This document shows, in pieces, positions 1 through 9,951 of a stretch of DNA of 13,376 nt (the stretch's first letter is position 1; each line of letters starts with the position of its first letter). The notes under the pieces were generated by a model that saw nothing but the letters and a program-made list of their open reading frames with translations, did no database searches and was not told the DNA's origin. Both the position numbers and the translations under genes were made by a program. The stretch covers positions 1-13,376 of the forward strand of contig JADGIF010000234.1 of assembly GCA_018985225.1 (NCBI GenBank), given 5' to 3'. Source of the DNA: Amoeboradix gromovi X-113 (Eukaryota > Fungi > Sanchytriomycota).

Positions 1-1605
1 AAGAGTAATGATGTTAGTATAGCATTAAATGAATTGAAGAAAGAGTACCGTCTAAGAAAATGCACCTTTTGCTTAGATGCTCAAAGACCTCATATATTTG
101 AAAGAGATGCAGGGTCTTCCAGTTTTATTTTAAAAAGAGGAATACAATCAATGAAAGAAAATTGGTATAATAGAAGATCTTTTATTAATGATTTCCTCCG
201 TATGGAGCACTTCCTTTAAAAGCGAGTTAGTCTAGTTTTTATATTTGGTGTCCCAGATGTAATTCCGAATATGTCAATCTAAAGAAATAACTAACAGGTA
301 CAGCATACATTCATCAGCACTGAGAAACTGGTCCAAACATGGAAGAATTAGATGTCTTTCAATGCCTAGAAGAGATCAACCAAAAAAATAAACATGCGAA
401 CCGTTTATTTAATAATTCTTGTAGTTGGTATTACCGAATATGCGACAATAGAGAGATAATATGGCAGCAAGAAACATATAAAAATATATACATCCTTATT
501 CAATACCGTCTCAGGGTAGTGCAAGAGTAAGAAACCACTTTAACGGATTCACTAGCACTACTAGTTTCTCTTTGCAAATTGTCGATTTTCTCGGAAATCA
601 GGACTTTTAACGAGAAGTCATGTAAAGATTTCCAATATTTTATCATTGTGAATCCGGCGACTGTGGTTTTCTGCCTATATCTCTGTCTTGCTGGCCATTT
701 GGATCGAAATTGTATATGATACGGATAGATCACGGCGCGGTCCTTGAGGGAAAACAAAAAATGAATTTTAATTAGGTAAAATTTGCTTATCGGGCTCCTA
801 ATGAATTAAAAAGCATTTCCAAGCCTAATTTATGCTGGAAAAAGTTTATTGACACCTTACTTCTCCACTAATGAACAAAAGCATTAATTCTTTTGCCTCG
901 TGAAAGTTCTGGTTTTTTAAAAAGCAAATTAGATTCCACAGAGAAAAGACAAAGCCTCTCACTCCGTTTTAGCGATTCACACGCTTTTTAGTACCCGAAG
1001 GAGGGATCGAACAGGGATGCATATTAGTGTATGTTTCTTGGTCAAATATCGCCGCTATCCGCTTTTACATCACAGATTGTGGTTGCATACAAGTTCACGA
1101 ACTATTTGATCACACTTATCGCAGATGGCAATGCTGGTACTATACCTTTGATTGGATTAATCATTTTTGCCAGATTTTCTGGTGTTAACGATGATTCTAG
1201 AGTTAGTGTAACAGTCTCATATAATTGCAAAATATGATTTGGGCACCATCTGATTGACATGTAATTCACATCTCTATTTTTTTCGTCTTTCTCTATCTGT
1301 CCGGTATGTAAAATAGCCACTTAGTTTGCTAGCATTGATGCTTAAATTAGAAAGTAAAATTATTATTTTCCCATTGTTTCACTGTTTCATAGAATCCATG
1401 GGAAATGAGTTGAGCACTACGTTGAGTAAGTCATTTAATTTTGAAGGCCCAGAGATGAAAGGTGGTTTCTGCTGGCAAATTCGCACTGCTACTTAATAAA
1501 ATAATAGATTAATATTTATATAGCCATTGCTTTAATATAAAGGTTAAAATAAATCTTTTAAAGAAATAATTTAAGGATAATAGATGAAACAAAATTCAAA
1601 TCAAT

Positions 1606-1624
1606 GAAAGAAAGAAAGAAAGAA
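1606..1624 (+). repeat. (GAAA)4+ microsatellite
   Basis: gaaagaaagaaagaaagaa read directly from the sequence. Confidence 0.8.
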
Positions 1625-1676
1625 GAGAACTCAATGGGGCCTGTCTAGACGATGTAAATTTCATTTGAAGTACGAG

Positions 1677-1707
1677 CCAATAGTAGAGAGTTGTAATGCT
1701 ATATAAA
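1677..1707 (+). promoter_or_regulatory. Candidate Pol II core promoter (CCAAT box + TATA box)
   Basis: CCAAT at 1677-1681 and TATATAAA at 1700-1707, followed by aaATG at 1728. Such motifs are common by chance in AT-rich DNA. Confidence 0.3.
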
Positions 1708-1727
1708 GAGCAGTTTCCCGTTTCTAA

Positions 1728-1889
1728 ATGACATCTACTATTAAGCGATCAGCAGCAAATCCTGAAACTGATGAACAGTCCAAAAAGATGAATCACGAAG
1801 AGATCATCAATCTGATTACAGATGATGAAGTTTCCGTGGAAAACATTTCTAATGATGATTACATTTTATTACAGGATCGTGGATGTTGA
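1728..1889 (+). CDS. Small acidic ORF (53 aa), or 5' end of a decayed gene
   Basis: MTSTIKRSAANPETDEQSKKMNHEEIINLITDDEVSVENISNDDYILLQDRGC*. It follows a TATA box, and protein-like sequence (IVDVDFENENNNYNLIHLCKAVILSS) continues in a shifted frame. No family recognised. Confidence 0.3.
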   Translation: MTSTIKRSAANPETDEQSKKMNHEEIINLITDDEVSVENISNDDYILLQDRGC

Positions 1890-2709
1890 TTTTGAAAATG
1901 AAAACAATAACTACAATCTCATTCATCTATGCAAAGCAGTCATCCTCTCTTCTCGACAGCTATAACGATCGTCGTGTAAGTGTGATTCTCATTAAAATAT
2001 CAGCAAATCATTTGATGCATCAATTTGAATCTCTTCGGTACTATGTTTCTATCCAAGATATTTAATCTTTTCTTTTAAACTCACTGTTCCTATTATTTTG
2101 TATTGAGTCATAGAAATATAGGATTCATCAATTGCTGGGATATACCGGTTGGTTATTCGTTTTTTAACATTACTTTGAACGAAGTTGATGACCGATTTGA
2201 AAGAATGTTGCTTTTTCACCCGTTTTACTTCACGCTTGGTAATGGAATAACATTTGTAGTAGGCATAGCAGTATTGTTGATCGACAATTCAGTCATTTGG
2301 TTATTCGATTGAATGAAATGCAAGTGTACATGTTATTTATGGAATTTACAAGGTGTCAGGGTTATCAATGTTTGCTATTTTGCAAGCTAAATTTCATATT
2401 TGCTATTTTCTATACGCATTTCTGAGGTGTTTTGTTTCGATGATGCGATTAATAGCGATTCTTATAAACAGGATTTACATTACATGAGTTAAGTTTTAAT
2501 GGGTTATTGTTATCAAATGCACCGGGCGGAATTGTATTTATTTCAACATTGTCATTTTTAATGACGTTTGTAAACCATGTAATTGTGCAATCTTGATACC
2601 AATTCCAGTTTTAAACTGGAGAACATTTCCAGTATAAAGATTAAACTGCATAAAGCGTCATATAGGCAGTATCTTGGTTAACAAATTATTTAATATTTAA
2701 TTCAATTTA

Positions 2710-3543
2710 CTAAAACTGCACGATTTGATAAAGGCTAACACCAAATAACGACATATACGTAAGACATGCTCCATCACTACTTAAACCTTGAGCCTCGCAA
2801 TATGTTTTGGAAATAGAGTTCATTACACCATTCACAGCAGGTAGGCATGCGTTTGGCAATTCGTTTTTACAAGTTAAAATACCACAAACTGCCTTACTGA
2901 TGTCGATAATCTTTGAATCTAAATTTGATGAAAATGATGAGTAGAATCGTCCTATATCCACACCAGTCTGTGATTTTAACACGCGCAGTACCAGCTCGCA
3001 GACAGGGGTCAAGATTGTTTTATCCACAGAATCAGACGCAATTCCGAGCATTTCCCGACATACTACCTTTGACAATGATCCATTGGCTTTGCTACACGTT
3101 CTTTTTGTAGGAAGGATTCTATTCACCACAGTATCACAGAAATTGCTGCTATACCCGACTAAATCCTTGCCTTCTTCTATCAAAGCGCCAATCATATCAT
3201 CACATCCACATTGAGCTCTTTGTAACGATTCCACATTACTACTGGTAGCTTGATTAGTCACTTCCAATAGTGCGTTTTTATAATATTCGTTACATTTAAA
3301 ATCACTTGAAAATTCCACGTAATTAAGCACTAAAGGAAATTTGGATGATGTTGCAAAATCATTCCAAGGAACGTTGCATACGGGATCTTTTGATCCAGAA
3401 CCTTGAAAATCATACGCAGACCAGCAATCATTAGCGCTTGCCCTGCAATAATTACCAGAAGACCAAATAGGATAAAGTCTAGCATTTGATTTGCAACGAG
3501 CAATACAAGCAACAGCACCAAATACTAGAGAAATAAATAACAT
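2710..3543 (-). CDS. Secreted cysteine-rich protein with saposin-like helical domain(s), probably GPI-anchored
   Basis: Uninterrupted ORF. The probable start is the ATG at 3543, giving a signal peptide (MLFISLVFGAVACIA). Many Cys. PVCELVLRVLK..ISKAVCGIL..NACLPAVNGVMNSI.KTYCEAQGL follows saposin-B Cys/helix spacing. The C-terminus SSDG plus hydrophobic tail ACLTYMSLFGVSLYQIVQF resembles a GPI signal. Confidence 0.75.
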   Translation of the reverse strand: MLFISLVFGAVACIARCKSNARLYPIWSSGNYCRASANDCWSAYDFQGSGSKDPVCNVPWNDFATSSKFPLVLNYVEFSSDFKCNEYYKNALLEVTNQATSSNVESLQRAQCGCDDMIGALIEEGKDLVGYSSNFCDTVVNRILPTKRTCSKANGSLSKVVCREMLGIASDSVDKTILTPVCELVLRVLKSQTGVDIGRFYSSFSSNLDSKIIDISKAVCGILTCKNELPNACLPAVNGVMNSISKTYCEAQGLSSDGACLTYMSLFGVSLYQIVQF

Positions 3544-4063
3544 ATAAAATATGTAACAGATTCTGAAAACCAATACGAGCCCAAGACGTGCAGTCATCAC
3601 CAGCGCACCATTTTAGGGCTTTTATGAATTTTGGAATCAATATTATTTACCAATTCCCTATTGGCAGGACCAGCTTCAAAAACAACCAATTTCTGGGTCA
3701 TTAACGCTATATTTCAATCTACAAGTATAACCTGCTATTCCAGTTATGTATTTCTAAGATGTAATAGCATGATGACTAAAAGAATGCGAATAACGGGTTT
3801 TATTGGATATTTTGGTATCGTCAGTATACGAGTTACGTACCTTGGAATTTTCACTAAGAGTTCCAACAGAGACAGCAATTCTTTACTAAATTAGACAGAA
3901 TTGTGCTGGCGGAATATCAATCGCATTATTGGAAGTTCTAATTTTTCGATTATAGGAGTTAGTAAATCTTCATCTTCAAAAAAAAGATTTGTAATGGCTA
4001 GCTTTTTCACGATATGATTTGGTCATGACGTCGTAATCGTTCGCTAGTTTTCTCGTTTGAGTT

Positions 4064-5734
4064 TTATCCCACTGGTACTATTGCTATTAGTCTAGAAAGA
4101 AGCAAGTCAGCCGGTTCTGGGAAGCGATAAGTTCTTTGTTTATTATTATTTTCATTACATTCAAGATGTCTAGGAGAATCTCGACAATTAATCAGTTTTG
4201 CATGCACGATCCTCGCTTTTCTATACTCTTGAATAGTATTTTCGCCCTCATGACAAGAATACTCATGTAATTCAAGCGTTCTAAATTGTTCTACCAAGTT
4301 GAGAACACTGAATGGTTCCTCTTTTGGATAGTCAACAGACGTTTCAAAAACCATAACAACCAGCGGCGTGCTAGGTCCAAACTTCTTTCTTAGATTTTTG
4401 GGTCTTTGTTTTGCATATTCTACTGAGTCTGTTGTATAAAATCCGCTTCCTATGTGCCCAGACGTGCATAGATCTAAATCGATGCCATATTTAAGAATAG
4501 ACTCACAAGAAAAGTAACTGGTACCATGATAGAGCAAGCTTTTTGAGCTGGTAGGATTCAGTTGCATCGAAACGCAGATCTCAACACTTTGGCCTTTTTT
4601 TGGTCGAAGAATTGGTATAGCTTTCTCAAGGTAGATAGAAAAAAATTCATTCTTTTCTTGAATAGAAGTTTCTTCTTCTAAAGTGGGCGTGCGCCAATTT
4701 TTTGAATTATTAGATAGTATGGTAATAATTTCTGAAATAAAAGTATAGTCAATTGTATCTTTTTTGTTACTATAGTGGTATAGGAGAAAATCACCAAATG
4801 AAACTGGTTCCAAGTCATTAGGATCAAAAAAGTTGCAATAAAGATTGTTAGTTTTGTAGTCAATGTTTAAAGCAACAATAAGGCACAACTGCTTCTTTCT
4901 CCAGTCCATCGTTAGTCCTTTAGGAAATTTATAGCGAATATCTGACCCAACTAGCTGTTTAATAATAAGGTTTGTATGAATTGGGCAGTAGAAACTACGA
5001 TCGTGATTTTTAACACAGGCATCTATGGCATGGACTGAATGACAGTCATTTGAAGCATTGCAGAGGAAAGCTACTCCGGAAATAGAAGCTTCTAATATTT
5101 TGTCAACACCTGGAATGATCTCACGATTTTGGTGAGCGGTATAAGATATGGGGCTATGTAGAAAAACTTCAAGTTTGTCATCTAGACCGCGATAAATGCT
5201 AAATGTTTCCGCCTTTTCTTCCATCAATGATTGAACTTTTTCTTTTAATGCTTCCATAATACTATTATCAACGCCTATAATGGGAGAAAAATGAGTAAGA
5301 AGTCCTATGTCTTCTTTTTCTAATCGAAACGTGATGTTTTTTGGAGCATCATAATCAAGAAGAGATTGTCCAGACTTCACGCTTGAAATATCCAAAAAGG
5401 TAGTTACAACTTCTTTATAATTACCCATTATTAAATCGCCACCCATTTTTTTCTGAACTGGCTTTAAGGATATAAATTCAGCATCACCAACAGCTAGTCC
5501 CAGTACATCTTCTTTTTCAACAGCATTATCAAAGTACAAATTGATAGCTGCAGAAGCGTCAAGCAACGTTTGATGTATTTTTCCCTCTGTTTTCAATGAA
5601 GTTAAAGATGAGACTAGATGGTAAAAAAGGGCGTCACCCTCTAGTTCTCTTTTTGTGTACTCTAACCTTGTAGCATAGAATTTCATTCTTTCCTTTTTGT
5701 TTTCAAAATTTGTTTCTTTAAATGACGGAGCCAT
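4064..5734 (-). CDS. 556-aa multidomain protein with a Cys/His zinc-finger-like cluster and a C-terminal ADP-ribosyltransferase-like domain (H-Y clade, PARP/DUF3990-like)
   Basis: Intact ATG-to-TAA ORF. LLYHGTS (H403), SILKYGID, HIGSGFYTTDSVEYAK (Y433) and LVVMVFE match the NAD-binding strands of H-Y ART folds. The terminal QRTYRFPEPADLLL resembles DUF3990-type ends. Cys/His cluster CNASNDCHSVH..C..YCPIH at about 4976-5062. Confidence 0.8.
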   Translation of the reverse strand: MAPSFKETNFENKKERMKFYATRLEYTKRELEGDALFYHLVSSLTSLKTEGKIHQTLLDASAAINLYFDNAVEKEDVLGLAVGDAEFISLKPVQKKMGGDLIMGNYKEVVTTFLDISSVKSGQSLLDYDAPKNITFRLEKEDIGLLTHFSPIIGVDNSIMEALKEKVQSLMEEKAETFSIYRGLDDKLEVFLHSPISYTAHQNREIIPGVDKILEASISGVAFLCNASNDCHSVHAIDACVKNHDRSFYCPIHTNLIIKQLVGSDIRYKFPKGLTMDWRKKQLCLIVALNIDYKTNNLYCNFFDPNDLEPVSFGDFLLYHYSNKKDTIDYTFISEIITILSNNSKNWRTPTLEEETSIQEKNEFFSIYLEKAIPILRPKKGQSVEICVSMQLNPTSSKSLLYHGTSYFSCESILKYGIDLDLCTSGHIGSGFYTTDSVEYAKQRPKNLRKKFGPSTPLVVMVFETSVDYPKEEPFSVLNLVEQFRTLELHEYSCHEGENTIQEYRKARIVHAKLINCRDSPRHLECNENNNKQRTYRFPEPADLLLSRLIAIVPVG

Positions 5735-5952
5735 TGTTTGACACCTTTTTTTGTTTTTTTTGAAAAGTTAATAACGTGATTCGTTATTTAAAGTTTAACT
5801 CAAACCCAAACAATGCAGATTTCAGATCTTTAATCAAATTACATAAGATAAAGAATAATGGCGTTCAGCAGTATTTTAAAGATGATTGAGTACTTAAGGT
5901 AAATATCGTCTTAAAGCCCCAAAAATAAACTATTAAATTTAAATATTCACAC

Positions 5953-7828
5953 TTGGATGTATTCCACACCTAAAGTGAAACGTTTTTTGATCGCAAATGC
6001 TTAAGTTAAAAAGGAGTTGTATTTACTCTGGATACTCTGGTTGAAATTCTCTTGGGACATATCGTTTAGCTTTGATCAAGTCCGTTTTCTTTCTAGCTGT
6101 CAGAGTAGGTGCTTCAAAGACTTCAGGTGTAAATTGGAAGAAGTCAGACTCTGGTGTATTCAAGTCCAAGTCATGTTTGTTCAAATCAACAGTAATCGTT
6201 TCAGCGTCTGACACTAATTTCTTCAGCATGACTTGTCCTGGTAGATCTTTTTTGAACTAACAGACTGATATCCTCGAATTCCAGGAATATCGTCAAAGTA
6301 GTAATTTAATTTAGAACGATAGTCTTTAAAGCGTCTACCTGGAAACACTTTGCATTCGTTTCCGCTAGCGCTTGTTTCAATCAATGCTTTGACTTGTTCC
6401 ACAGTGAATATGTCCTGTAAGGCATATTTCTTCTTAATATGACCAAACCCTGCGTCTGGACTAAATTTTGTATGTCCCTTGATCATAAATCGTATCCCAA
6501 TTGTATCACATTTACCAGTCAAACATAACCATGCCAACAACTTCATCATGGTGTTGTTTTTATTCTGTCCAACACAATTATCTGCAAGCAAAATTAGATG
6601 ACGTCTTTGATCAGATGGTAATAGGAAAATGTAATCAATCAAAAGACTTACAACATTATCACCACCTTTCTTACCATGATCTTCTCTGTAAATATAAGTC
6701 AACTGTTTCTTCTTTGTTTCATTGTAAATACCAAAAAGGTAAATATTCAAAAGAGACAAGAAATACAGTTCTGATGGTTGGTCTTGGAACTGTGGTAATA
6801 CCAAGTTTTGACTATAATCAAACGAAATACAAGTTACGTTCGCCAAGTGTTTACAGCGATTATAATCAAGTCTTGCTACTTTGGCTTGATTTAAATGTTC
6901 TTGGAAATCTCTTGTCAAAGCAATCAAAACTATTTCCGACTCCGTATATTTCATATCGTTCTTGAAAGTGGTACATGTATCGCACATATCTGATCTTGGT
7001 GACCGTATACGAATTGTTTCGCAATCATGAAATAAACGCCGAAAGGTCTCAGACTTAATCTGAATGGCGTTTTCTGAGTTCCAGTATAGTTCATGCAAGC
7101 GAGAAATAGTGTAGTCGCTCGGCAACCATAAATAAGTAACATCTCTTGTTCGACGAGCATTTTTGTAAAGATATTGTCTACCAGGTCTTGGTTCGCCGTG
7201 GGCTTCTGCAAAATTGAAGATAAATTCCTTTACGCAAGCCTTTTGTTCGTCAGTTAAGGCATGTAAAAATCGTATACCCTTGTTACCATGAACGCGAGGT
7301 TTGAACTGCGTTGACAGGTCGTTTGCAATTCTTTGTAATTGCTGTCTTGAGATAGATAACAAATGTACTAAAGCATCTCGACACATTTTGCCAATAGGAT
7401 AGATTTGGTACTTGAACGTTCTGCGCCTTCTGCTTGCTGAATGAGATTGGCAGCTTGTTAAAATACCTTTGATAAAAACATCGTTTTCCTGCTTATTCAA
7501 TGCACGATGCTTGGTTTTGAATTGGGATAAGAAATCAGGTGACGTTAATTGGAAGCATTTTTATGGACAACACTCTAAACTAGAAGTGGTTCTCGTCCAA
7601 TCATCCACGTCAAAGCTATCTTCTGAGGATGTAGTGGAGGTGGAGTGGTGATCAATTTCCTGTGGTGGTTCTTGTGTTGATGTAAACTGGATTCTTAAAT
7701 CTTGGGAGTGAAATGGATTACTTTCGCTGATGTGTGATGTCATGGAGGTGCATTTTTCGAGGGTTTTCTCGCCTTTTATGTATTTTTCAGCCAATTAATG
7801 GATGTGCTTGGTGATATCAATACACCAA
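5953..7828 (-). mobile_element. Sola-like (DDD) cut-and-paste DNA transposon, defective; boundaries tentative
   Basis: Contains the transposase pseudogene. Candidate degenerate inverted ends: ttggatgtatt..cacc (5953-5970) and ggtg..aatacaccaa (7810-7828). No clear target-site duplication. The right end falls where the upstream peptidase frame loses coherence. Confidence 0.6.
6023..7743 (-). pseudogene. Sola-like (DUF7869-type) DDD transposase, disrupted
   Basis: ATG at 7743, in frame with the 425-aa ORF through one TAA at 7561-7563 (LECCP*KCF). Motifs: PRSDMCDTC, ISFDYSQNLVLP, HLILLADNCVGQNKNN, FMIKGHTKFSPDAGFG. A one-base frameshift at about 6248-6260 joins the C-terminus KKDLPGQVMLKK..KKTDLIKAKRYVPREFQPEYPE*. 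Confidence 0.85.
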
Positions 7829-7829
7829 T

Positions 7830-8417
7830 AGATCTTTTAAATATGAAATTATTAGAAAAAATGTTTACATTTTTAGAAGCAAATTGTTTCCACTTTTTTT
7901 CTAGATTCGATCTGTGTGTAGTGAGTTCTTTTTTAAATAAATCTAGGAAATAATCACTAGCTGGTTTTTCAATAATGATAGAGGACTTTTTAATTATAAA
8001 TTCTCCAGTTTCTAAAAGGGCTTTAACTTCTACATTAAAACGAATTATGTCCAAACACTAGTTTTCTAACTCGTTCAGTTTCGGAATCACTGGAGTTAGA
8101 TAATCTCAAAAGCAAAGCAATCGTTTCAACAGTCAAGTGATGACAGTTTCTTGTGAATAGACAATATTTCTCTGCGTATCTCTTAATCAAACTCTTCAGA
8201 TGCTTTTCTTTTAATTCAAAATTTTGAAATTTCTTAATTAGAATACAACCATCTAAATTTGTTTTTTTTGGTAGTATTTTTTTTCAAACTGTGGTTTGCG
8301 TATAGTAAAGTAATAAGCGTGATATTCATCATTGACCAACAAAATTGGTTCAGTGTGAAAAAAGCTAGAAAAATCGGTAATCTTAATCCAAACTTCTTTG
8401 ACTGTAACAGAAGTCAT
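7830..8417 (-). pseudogene. PPPDE/DeSI-like (permuted papain, NlpC/P60-related) cysteine peptidase, frameshifted
   Basis: ATG at 8417 gives MTSVTVKEVWIKITDFSSFFHTEPILLVNDEYHAYYF (His codon 8355-8357). After a one-base shift in the T8 runs (8262-8284) the frame reads ..KYCLFTRNCHHLTVETIALL (NC at 8143-8148), matching the PPPDE Y-x-L-x3-N-C-x-H motif. A second shift near 8055 leads into the ORF-track ORF 7776-8054. Confidence 0.65.
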
Positions 8418-8787
8418 CTTTTGTTTAAGACAAGTATCCTGCTATTTATGCCTATCTAAGACACCTCAAATGGTATTGAGTTGCCAAGAAATTCGCCACT
8501 TTTTGCCCAAAGTTGGCAATGAACGTGGTGTATAGTGCAACCATCTCAAATTAGGCTGTTTGTTCAAAACTTATGGGTATTCATATACTTGTGATAAAAA
8601 TATTTAAAAATATCATCAAGAGCTTAGAATATCTAAAAAGTTTTAAGAGAATCAAATGTATTTATATCTTAAAACAAAAGCGCTGGGTTTCAGACAATTT
8701 GAATCTAAAATCTTTGATATTTAGGTAAATAATATTTATTGATGTTTAAAAAGCTTATGCAGCTTTTTCACTTGGATCGTTCTCTTC

Positions 8788-9951
8788 TTATAAATTTAGT
8801 GTATTAAATTCAGTTGACATAATGAATTCATCTCGTTTGTTTATATATTCTTCTGTTTCTTGCGGGGAGTTTGCATTACAGATAGGCCATTCGTCGCTTT
8901 CAATAAATGCTTTTGTATACTTCAAAGATTCAAAATCGTACTCTTTTTTATATAAAAAAGAAGTATCATTCTTCCATTTTCTTCTTAAATACGCAGTTGC
9001 TGCAAATTGATAAGTCATTGATAAGTCATAAAAAACGTCATCTTCCTCTGCAACTGCTAATTCCCAGTCAATCAAAATTGCACTTTCTTTTACAACAATA
9101 ATGTTGCTCGGCTTGACATCTCTATGGCAAATTTTAAGTTCGTGAGCAAATGTAAGCGCTTTGCTTATATCTTGACAATACTTGTTAATATTAGCTCTAT
9201 GCATTTCCCCCAAAGTCTGTCCAACTGGTGTCATCATAATAAAATTATAATGTGTGCTACCAATAATTGCACTCAGAATGTTATCTTCAACTAAGTAAAT
9301 AATGAACTCGCATTCACCCAACTTCTTTAAAGCTTCGAATTCAACATCCAAATTTTTAGACTTAAATCTTGCCTTTAAAACGACTTCTTTCTGATTGTAG
9401 GTACATTTGAATAAATCTGCTTTCTTTGACTTTCTAGGTCTCAAAATAGTTATATTACTAATTTTCTGATTAGAGCACTCCAAACTTTCCATGTAATCAT
9501 GATGACTAAGCGGCATTGAAAATAAATGATGAAAAGCTTGCTTCGCGTTATCCCAATTAATCTTTGATGACAAAGCAACTTCTATAAACTGCTCTGTTCC
9601 CTCAATCGAAAGAGATAGATCTTTTTTAGCGTTTGTTCGACAAAACTTGATCAAAACAGTCTCGTTAATATCTGTCACTAACATGAATATGATATGTCGA
9701 AGAGGTTGGTATTGAAATATCAATTTGGCGGTTTCGAGTGATTGACCAAGCGCATCTTTATATTTTCGAATAGGATTGGCCCAATCTTGTTTTAATTCAA
9801 TCGTAAAGACAACAGAATTTGAAGTTACATCGGAGAAGCTGTTACAAACAACAGAAACATCCGGCTTGGGATTACCATTAATACCAGAGATAGGGGAATT
9901 ACTAGTATCTACTAATCTAAACTGAGAGTTTGGTGGTAAAAGTTGTTTCAA
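8788..9951 (-). CDS. Uninterrupted part of a Crinkler-like effector: PD-(D/E)xK nuclease-like domain fused to a protein kinase domain
   Basis: N-half: KPDVSVV..VFTIELK..DALGQ..QPLR..LVTD (REase fold). C-half: VVLK, EFEALKKL, ICHRDVKPSNII, LIDWELA (kinase subdomains II, III, VIb, VII). The ORF starts at TTG; its real start appears to lie in the broken header upstream. Confidence 0.8.
   Translation of the reverse strand: MKQLLPPNSQFRLVDTSNSPISGINGNPKPDVSVVCNSFSDVTSNSVVFTIELKQDWANPIRKYKDALGQSLETAKLIFQYQPLRHIIFMLVTDINETVLIKFCRTNAKKDLSLSIEGTEQFIEVALSSKINWDNAKQAFHHLFSMPLSHHDYMESLECSNQKISNITILRPRKSKKADLFKCTYNQKEVVLKARFKSKNLDVEFEALKKLGECEFIIYLVEDNILSAIIGSTHYNFIMMTPVGQTLGEMHRANINKYCQDISKALTFAHELKICHRDVKPSNIIVVKESAILIDWELAVAEEDDVFYDLSMTYQFAATAYLRRKWKNDTSFLYKKEYDFESLKYTKAFIESDEWPICNANSPQETEEYINKRDEFIMSTEFNTLNL

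Noticed and set aside
960-1080. Complete tRNA gene
   Set aside because: Only a 3' fragment is present. The T-stem does not pair, there is no matching 5' acceptor strand and no downstream T-run terminator on that strand.
1-1500. Short ORFs 34-219 (open from the window edge), 339-530, 500-757, 1031-1237, 1102-1320
   Set aside because: Some look like decayed coding fragments, but I recognised no family motif or consistent splice structure.
2050-2290. About 80-codon open frame on the minus strand with no upstream ATG (IVDQQYCYAYYKCYSITKREVKR..)
   Set aside because: No usable start and no recognisable motif; possibly a pseudogene fragment but not supportable.
3544-3600. N-terminal extension of the saposin-like ORF given by the ORF track
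   Set aside because: It starts at a GTG or upstream ATG; the ATG at 3543 gives a cleaner signal peptide. Not strictly excluded.
3600-4030. Possible decayed gene between the ART-like and saposin-like genes, and ORF 3631-3894
   Set aside because: Multiple stops in all minus frames and no identifiable motif.
6501-6965. 154-aa plus-strand ORF and other short antisense or nested ORFs (2913, 3330, 4678, 6017, 6072, 6951, 7469, 8259, 8822, 8907)
   Set aside because: Shadows of real minus-strand genes or pseudogenes, with no motifs.
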